Positions 15,993 to 24,000 of a stretch of DNA of 24,000 nt are shown here, in pieces (the first letter of the stretch is position 1; each line of letters starts with the position of its first letter). The notes beneath the pieces are model-generated. The model saw nothing but the letters and a program-made list of their open reading frames with translations. It had not been told where the DNA came from and did no database searches. The stretch is from contig NC_015562.1 in NCBI RefSeq assembly GCF_000214415.1, forward strand, positions 1,379,130 through 1,403,129, given 5' to 3'. Source of the DNA: Methanotorris igneus Kol 5. Its GTDB lineage: Archaea; AGJL01; Methanococci; Methanococcales; Methanococcaceae. The translations under genes and the position numbers were made by a program.

Positions 15993-16068
15993 GCCCCCAT
16001 AGCTCAGTAGGTAGAGCGACGGACTGTTAATCCGTAGGTCGCAGGTTCGAGTCCTGCTGGGGGCGCCA
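15993..16068 (+). tRNA. tRNA-Asn (anticodon GTT), CCA encoded
   Basis: Acceptor GCCCCCA/TGGGGGC, anticodon arm ACGGA-CTGTTAA-TCCGT, T arm GCAGG-TTCGAGT-CCTGC, discriminator G, CCA (16066-16068). Confidence 0.95.
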
Positions 16069-16133
16069 TTTTAATTTTTTTTGTTTATTTAAATGAGGTT
16101 AATTTAAGCATTAATGTTTTAGAATTATTTTGT

Positions 16134-16208
16134 GGGCCCGTAGCTCAGCCTGGTCAGAGCGCTCGGCTCATAACCGAGTGGCCAAGGGTTCAAATCCCTT
16201 CGGGCCCA
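16134..16208 (+). tRNA. tRNA with CAT anticodon (elongator Met, or Ile2 if C34 is agmatidinylated); not an initiator
   Basis: Acceptor GGGCCCG/CGGGCCC, anticodon arm CTCGG-CTCATAA-CCGAG, T arm AAGGG-TTCAAAT-CCCTT, discriminator A, no encoded CCA. It lacks the initiator hallmarks: an A1:U72 pair and three consecutive G:C pairs closing the anticodon stem. Confidence 0.9.
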
Positions 16209-16270
16209 TCATTAAATATTTTTTATTAGCAGCGTTATTATTTATCGCTAATATTTATAATAACGCTAAT

Positions 16271-16345
16271 GCTCCGGTGGTGTAGTCCGGCCAATCATGC
16301 GGGCCTTTCGAGCCCGCGACCCGGGTTCAAATCCCGGCCGGAGCA
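16271..16345 (+). tRNA. tRNA-Glu (anticodon TTC)
   Basis: Acceptor GCTCCGG/CCGGAGC, anticodon arm CGGGC-CTTTCGA-GCCCG, T arm CCGGG-TTCAAAT-CCCGG, discriminator A, no encoded CCA. Confidence 0.95.
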
Positions 16346-16361
16346 CTTTAATTTAATAAGT

Positions 16362-16446
16362 GCAGGGGTTGTCGAGCCTGGCCAAAGACGCAGGACTTAG
16401 AATCCTGTCCGGTAGCGGTTCCAGGGTTCAAATCCCTGCCCCTGCA
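16362..16446 (+). tRNA. tRNA-Leu (anticodon TAG), long variable arm
   Basis: Acceptor GCAGGGG/CCCCTGC, anticodon arm CAGGA-CTTAGAA-TCCTG, long variable arm TCCGGTAGCGGTTC, T arm CAGGG-TTCAAAT-CCCTG, discriminator A. Confidence 0.95.
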
Positions 16447-16453
16447 CTATTGT

Positions 16454-16526
16454 GGCCGGGGTGGGGTAGTGGCCATCCTGGGGGACTGTGGATCCCCTGA
16501 CCCGGGTTCAATTCCCGGTCCCGGCC
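16454..16526 (+). tRNA. tRNA-His (anticodon GTG) with genomically encoded G-1
   Basis: G-1 (16454) lies opposite discriminator C (16526). Acceptor GCCGGGG/TCCCGGC, anticodon arm GGGGA-CTGTGGA-TCCCC, T arm CCGGG-TTCAATT-CCCGG. It starts only 7 nt after tRNA-Leu. Confidence 0.95.
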
Positions 16527-16650
16527 CTTATTTTATTTTTTTGGATCATATTGTTCTAAACCTAAAAACAATACACTCACCAGAATATCATCATAGTGTG
16601 CAGTTGAAATGAACTGACGTGACAACCTGACCGAGAGGCTCAGGTTGGAT

Positions 16651-16688
16651 GCAAGCCCGCGACCAAGGTGAAACCCAGTAACGGCCAC
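16651..16688 (+). other. 5' strand of the 16S processing stem (bulge-helix-bulge motif)
   Basis: gcaagcccgcgacca (16651-16665) pairs with tggtcgcgggcttgc (18230-18244). cccagtaacggccac (16674-16688) pairs with gtggccgttactggg (18208-18222). The central 4-bp helix GGTG (16667-16670)/CACC (18223-18226) is flanked by AAA bulges on opposite strands. Confidence 0.8.
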
Positions 16689-16727
16689 AAGAGGAAACTA
16701 TCCTCTCTTGCGACCGTCTCCCACTTA

Positions 16728-18197
<1,470 letters not shown>

Positions 18198-18207
18198 GAG
18201 AAAAAAA

Positions 18208-18244
18208 GTGGCCGTTACTGGGCACCAAATGGTCGCGGGCTTGC
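18208..18244 (+). other. 3' strand of the 16S processing stem (bulge-helix-bulge motif)
   Basis: Complement of 16651-16688; see that feature. Confidence 0.8.
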
Positions 18245-18262
18245 GTCTAATTTTTACGTGCA

Positions 18263-18288
18263 GTCCATAATCCGTAGGGATTATGGAC
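18263..18288 (+). other. perfect 11-bp hairpin in the 16S-23S spacer
   Basis: gtccataatcc (18263-18273), loop gtag, ggattatggac (18278-18288). It occupies the spacer position where many euryarchaeal operons carry tRNA-Ala. Confidence 0.7.
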
Positions 18289-18350
18289 GAAGGACCTGAT
18301 CAGTGAGGGTCACGCATAAGCCCCCGTGCCTGGTGATATCCAGGTACTCC

Positions 18351-21352
<3,002 letters not shown>

Positions 21353-21620
21353 GGGGTACCTGGACACCCAAAGGTACGGGGGCTTATGTGTGACCCAAAA
21401 TGTGGGGTTAAATTGGAATTTGTGGGAAGAACTGTTGTATTTTATTTTACATGTTTGTATCGATATATTTAAATATATTGGTTAAATGATGAAGATAAAT
21501 AATAAATAGAACAAAAAATTTAAATTTTTTATAGTATGGACTAAATAAAAAACATATGCGTTATTAACAAAATAATGAGATCATGTCATAGGGTCAAATT
21601 CTTTTTTTGGAGGTTTTATT

Positions 21621-22136
21621 ATGAAACTAATAACAAAAGAATATTATAAGGAACCTCATGGAATTAACTTCATGTTTGATATATTGGAAGGGAATTATTT
21701 GCTAACTTCATTAAACGACGATGCTAAAACAATGGCAATATTAACAAAATGGATAGAATATTTAATTTCTCATGTAGGCAAATCTAAAGCTGAGGACATT
21801 CTTATTTATTACAACGAGATCAATTGGATATCTGATAAGGTTTTAATGAAACTTCTAAAAATTTTGGAGCATACAAACTTCGATAAAAAATTCGATAAAA
21901 AAGATGGCGAGTCATTGGAACTAAAGTCTATTGTGAACATTCATATAATTTCTTTATATTATATAACATATTTATCAGGTAGGCCGTTAAGCTTTGATGA
22001 TATAGATGAGATAAAACTTGAATTAATAAAGTTAAAAAAGTTCTTGGAAAATATCAAGGAAATGACCAATGACTTAAATAAAAATGAAAAAAATAGTATG
22101 TTTGCTAATTTAGAAGAAACTAACTCTCTTTTTTAG
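21621..22136 (+). CDS. stand-alone FlaD/FlaE (ArlD/E) domain protein, function unknown
   Basis: LTKWIEYLISHVGKSKAEDILIYYNEINWISDKVLMKLLKIL fits the W.E.L....G......L.YY...GWIS..V...L signature I recall for the archaeal flagellar FlaD/E domain. GGAGG (21609-21613) lies 7 nt before the ATG. 171 aa, no other archaellum genes nearby. Confidence 0.55.
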   Translation: MKLITKEYYKEPHGINFMFDILEGNYLLTSLNDDAKTMAILTKWIEYLISHVGKSKAEDILIYYNEINWISDKVLMKLLKILEHTNFDKKFDKKDGESLELKSIVNIHIISLYYITYLSGRPLSFDDIDEIKLELIKLKKFLENIKEMTNDLNKNEKNSMFANLEETNSLF

Positions 22137-22138
22137 GC

Positions 22139-23533
22139 TTATTTTTTAGAAGATTTTTTAGAAGGTTCTTCTTTTGTGATGATTATTTTCTCTGCCTTTA
22201 TAACTGCGTTATGTAATATAATTTTTATTCCTGGTGGTAATCCACCAAATCCTGCTGGAAGTTCTAAGGTTGGTACTGCAAATCCTTCTTCCGCCTCTTC
22301 AACAAACTCCTCTTCTTCAATTTCTTCTTCCTCAACTTTGCCCCATCTCTCAACAACAGGATGGTTTTTCTCTTTTAAGAACTTTGCCAATTCTTCAGTG
22401 TTTGATACGTCCTCTTCTGTTGCAATTTTATCATATAAATCTTCAGGTATTGCGTCTTTTACCTTTTCCTTCAAGTCCTTCGGAAGCCAAACTACCCTTT
22501 GCCAACCTCCATCTGCCTGGAAGAATTTTGGGGATCTCATGTATTCGATACACATTCCACAGAAACCTTCAACCTGTTTTCCACCACTGCACTGGCCTGC
22601 AAGTGATGAGAATGGAACACCCATTGGAGTTTCTCCCTTAAAGTCCCTATGCACTATTCCAAACCCATCAACTTCAGGAATGTAAAAGGTTATTGCCTCA
22701 AAACATCCACATGATGTTGATGGCTTATACATAACACTGTGCAATGCAATCTCTTCAATTGAACCTTGAGATTTTTCACTTACAACTTTATTAACTCCTG
22801 AATAGATACCCAATTTTTCATCAAGTAGTTCTCCTTTTGGAACTTCAAATATTGGTCCCTCTGGGTCTATTTTTGCTGCTGCTCTTGCATCAAAGTATGT
22901 GATCCCACCACATAATGCTGGTTTGTCAGGGGTTATAATACAGACGTGTGTAGGAGCAAAACTTTGGCACATAATACAACCATAAAATACATCAACATCC
23001 TCCTCACTCAACTCCCTCGCCCTTGCATCCCTTTTTGCATATACCTCTCTTGCCTTTTCAAGTTCTTCCTTAACTTTATCGGGATCAGTAATCAATGTAA
23101 CATCAACACTTTTTATGAATGGAAATTCTGCTTTGTATAATCTTTGGATAACTTTGCCTATATGCTCTAATGTTAATCCTTTTGATGCGGAACTTTTGTT
23201 TATCCTAATCCATACACTATCTCTTTGGTTTAAGTGCATAATACCTTCGATATAGTTAAAAAACTCGTGGATTCTTCTTTCCAAAACTCCCTCTAAATCT
23301 TCCTCCAGGTTATCTCCACTAACTCTAACAATAATTGCAAAAGGTGTTCTTGTTCCTTCTTCCATTTCATTAATATCCTTTCCAATAACCTCTACTTTAT
23401 CACTCGCCTCTCCAACCCTAACAAGTTCAAAACCATAACTCTTAGGTCCTGCCAACTCAACGTACATATCTGGTCCTCTAACTCTTTCTCCTTCATTCAT
23501 CGGCCCTACTGATACAGGAATATCATCAAACAT
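22139..23533 (-). CDS. cdhC: acetyl-CoA decarbonylase/synthase complex subunit beta (A-cluster acetyl-CoA synthase)
   Basis: N-terminus MFDDIPVSVGPMNEGERVRGPDMYVELAGPKS is characteristic of CdhC. The Cys-rich A-cluster region (CIMCQSFAPTHVCIITPDKPALCG, SCGCFE) and an acidic C-terminal tail are present. GGAGGT lies 7 nt before the ATG and overlaps the end of the upstream ferredoxin gene. Confidence 0.93.
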   Translation of the reverse strand: MFDDIPVSVGPMNEGERVRGPDMYVELAGPKSYGFELVRVGEASDKVEVIGKDINEMEEGTRTPFAIIVRVSGDNLEEDLEGVLERRIHEFFNYIEGIMHLNQRDSVWIRINKSSASKGLTLEHIGKVIQRLYKAEFPFIKSVDVTLITDPDKVKEELEKAREVYAKRDARARELSEEDVDVFYGCIMCQSFAPTHVCIITPDKPALCGGITYFDARAAAKIDPEGPIFEVPKGELLDEKLGIYSGVNKVVSEKSQGSIEEIALHSVMYKPSTSCGCFEAITFYIPEVDGFGIVHRDFKGETPMGVPFSSLAGQCSGGKQVEGFCGMCIEYMRSPKFFQADGGWQRVVWLPKDLKEKVKDAIPEDLYDKIATEEDVSNTEELAKFLKEKNHPVVERWGKVEEEEIEEEEFVEEAEEGFAVPTLELPAGFGGLPPGIKIILHNAVIKAEKIIITKEEPSKKSSKK

Positions 23534-23547
23534 GTTTTAAACCTCCA

Positions 23548-24000
23548 TTATAATTCTTCAAATTTTTCACTTATGATTTTGATGAGTTTCTTCCGTTTTT
23601 CTTCCTTAATCATCTCAAGTGATTCATCACAGACAAGTTTTAATGCATTGTCTTTACACGCTTCAATACATGCAGGAGTTATCCTATCCACATCCAAGCA
23701 AAGAGTGCATTTATGAGCAACCTTCTCTTCAACAAAAATTGCTCCAATTGGACATGCTATAGCACACATCCCACAACCAATACATTTTTCTTTATTGACT
23801 ATTGGGATGTTTTCTTTTAAGTATATGGCATCAACTGGACAGATTTCTTTGCATGGTGGTGTTTCACACTGCATACAGAAAATTGGAATGCCATCGAATT
23901 TTTTCACCCTACTTATCCCATGAATTTCAGCACATTTGTTGATGCAATCATTACATTTTGAGCACTTTGAAGGATCAAGTACAATGATTTTTGGATTCAT
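23548..24000 (-). CDS. 4Fe-4S polyferredoxin, CooF/HycB-like (ACDS-associated)
   Basis: Four Cys clusters: CSKCNDCINKC, CMQCETPPCKEIC, CIGCGMCAIACP and CTLC...CIEAC. 150 aa, immediately upstream of and co-oriented with cdhC. The ATG is the last codon of the window (24000-23998), so an upstream alternative start cannot be excluded. Confidence 0.8.
   Translation of the reverse strand: MNPKIIVLDPSKCSKCNDCINKCAEIHGISRVKKFDGIPIFCMQCETPPCKEICPVDAIYLKENIPIVNKEKCIGCGMCAIACPIGAIFVEEKVAHKCTLCLDVDRITPACIEACKDNALKLVCDESLEMIKEEKRKKLIKIISEKFEEL

Noticed and set aside
16231-16267. 11-bp inverted repeat agcgttattat/ataataacgct in the spacer between the CAT tRNA and tRNA-Glu.
   Set aside because: The hairpin is real but small and AT-rich, and probably just a processing or spacer structure. 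It is not enough for a separate functional claim.
16588-16594. C-box-like ATGATGA on the minus strand in the 16S leader, and AATGATGA at 21485-21492 (+). Both were considered as C/D box sRNA starts.
   Set aside because: No CTGA D box or internal D'/C' boxes lie at the expected ~12-nt guide spacing or within ~70 nt, and there is no terminal stem.

Overview
The coding DNA in this window is strongly AT-rich, while the tRNA and rRNA genes are very GC-rich. That contrast, together with the 16S/23S sequence and the gene content, points to a hyperthermophilic methanogen of the Methanococcales, most likely Methanocaldococcus-like. Most of the window is core housekeeping. Left to right: a two-gene unknown-function operon (-), pheS (-), a TIGR01212-type radical SAM gene (+), pycB-pycA pyruvate carboxylase (+), and a long repeat-bearing spacer. 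Next come an intact ~1 kb IS element with perfect target-site duplication inserted right at the tRNA-Val promoter, tRNA-Val (+), hemC (-), and an MJ0570/Dph6-type PP-loop ATPase (-). A 536-bp repeat-rich spacer follows, ending in a glnA promoter with two GGAA-N6-TTCC (NrpR-type) operators, then glnA (+), a GC-rich non-coding island, rps6e (+) and aIF2-gamma (+). After these come a stand-alone NurA-like nuclease (+), tRNA-Phe (-) and a divergent palindromic promoter driving tRNA-Asn/Met(CAT)/Glu/Leu/His (+). The rRNA unit is 16S-23S with no spacer tRNA and no 5S. The window ends with a stand-alone FlaD/E-domain protein (+), then cdhC and a CooF-like polyferredoxin (-) of the acetyl-CoA decarbonylase/synthase cluster. 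I found no CRISPR array, no defence-island-like gene cluster and no convincing novel multi-gene system. The items most worth follow-up are: (1) the GC-rich island at ~12.32-12.47 kb, a candidate unannotated structured RNA that shares three exact sequence blocks with the 23S 3' trailer; (2) the orphan NurA-like nuclease; (3) the orphan FlaD/E-domain protein; (4) a TATAGTYGTT-type inverted-repeat (MITE-like) family in two long spacers; (5) the IS insertion abutting a tRNA promoter. All protein family calls rest on motifs recognised by eye and recalled from memory. No database search was run.
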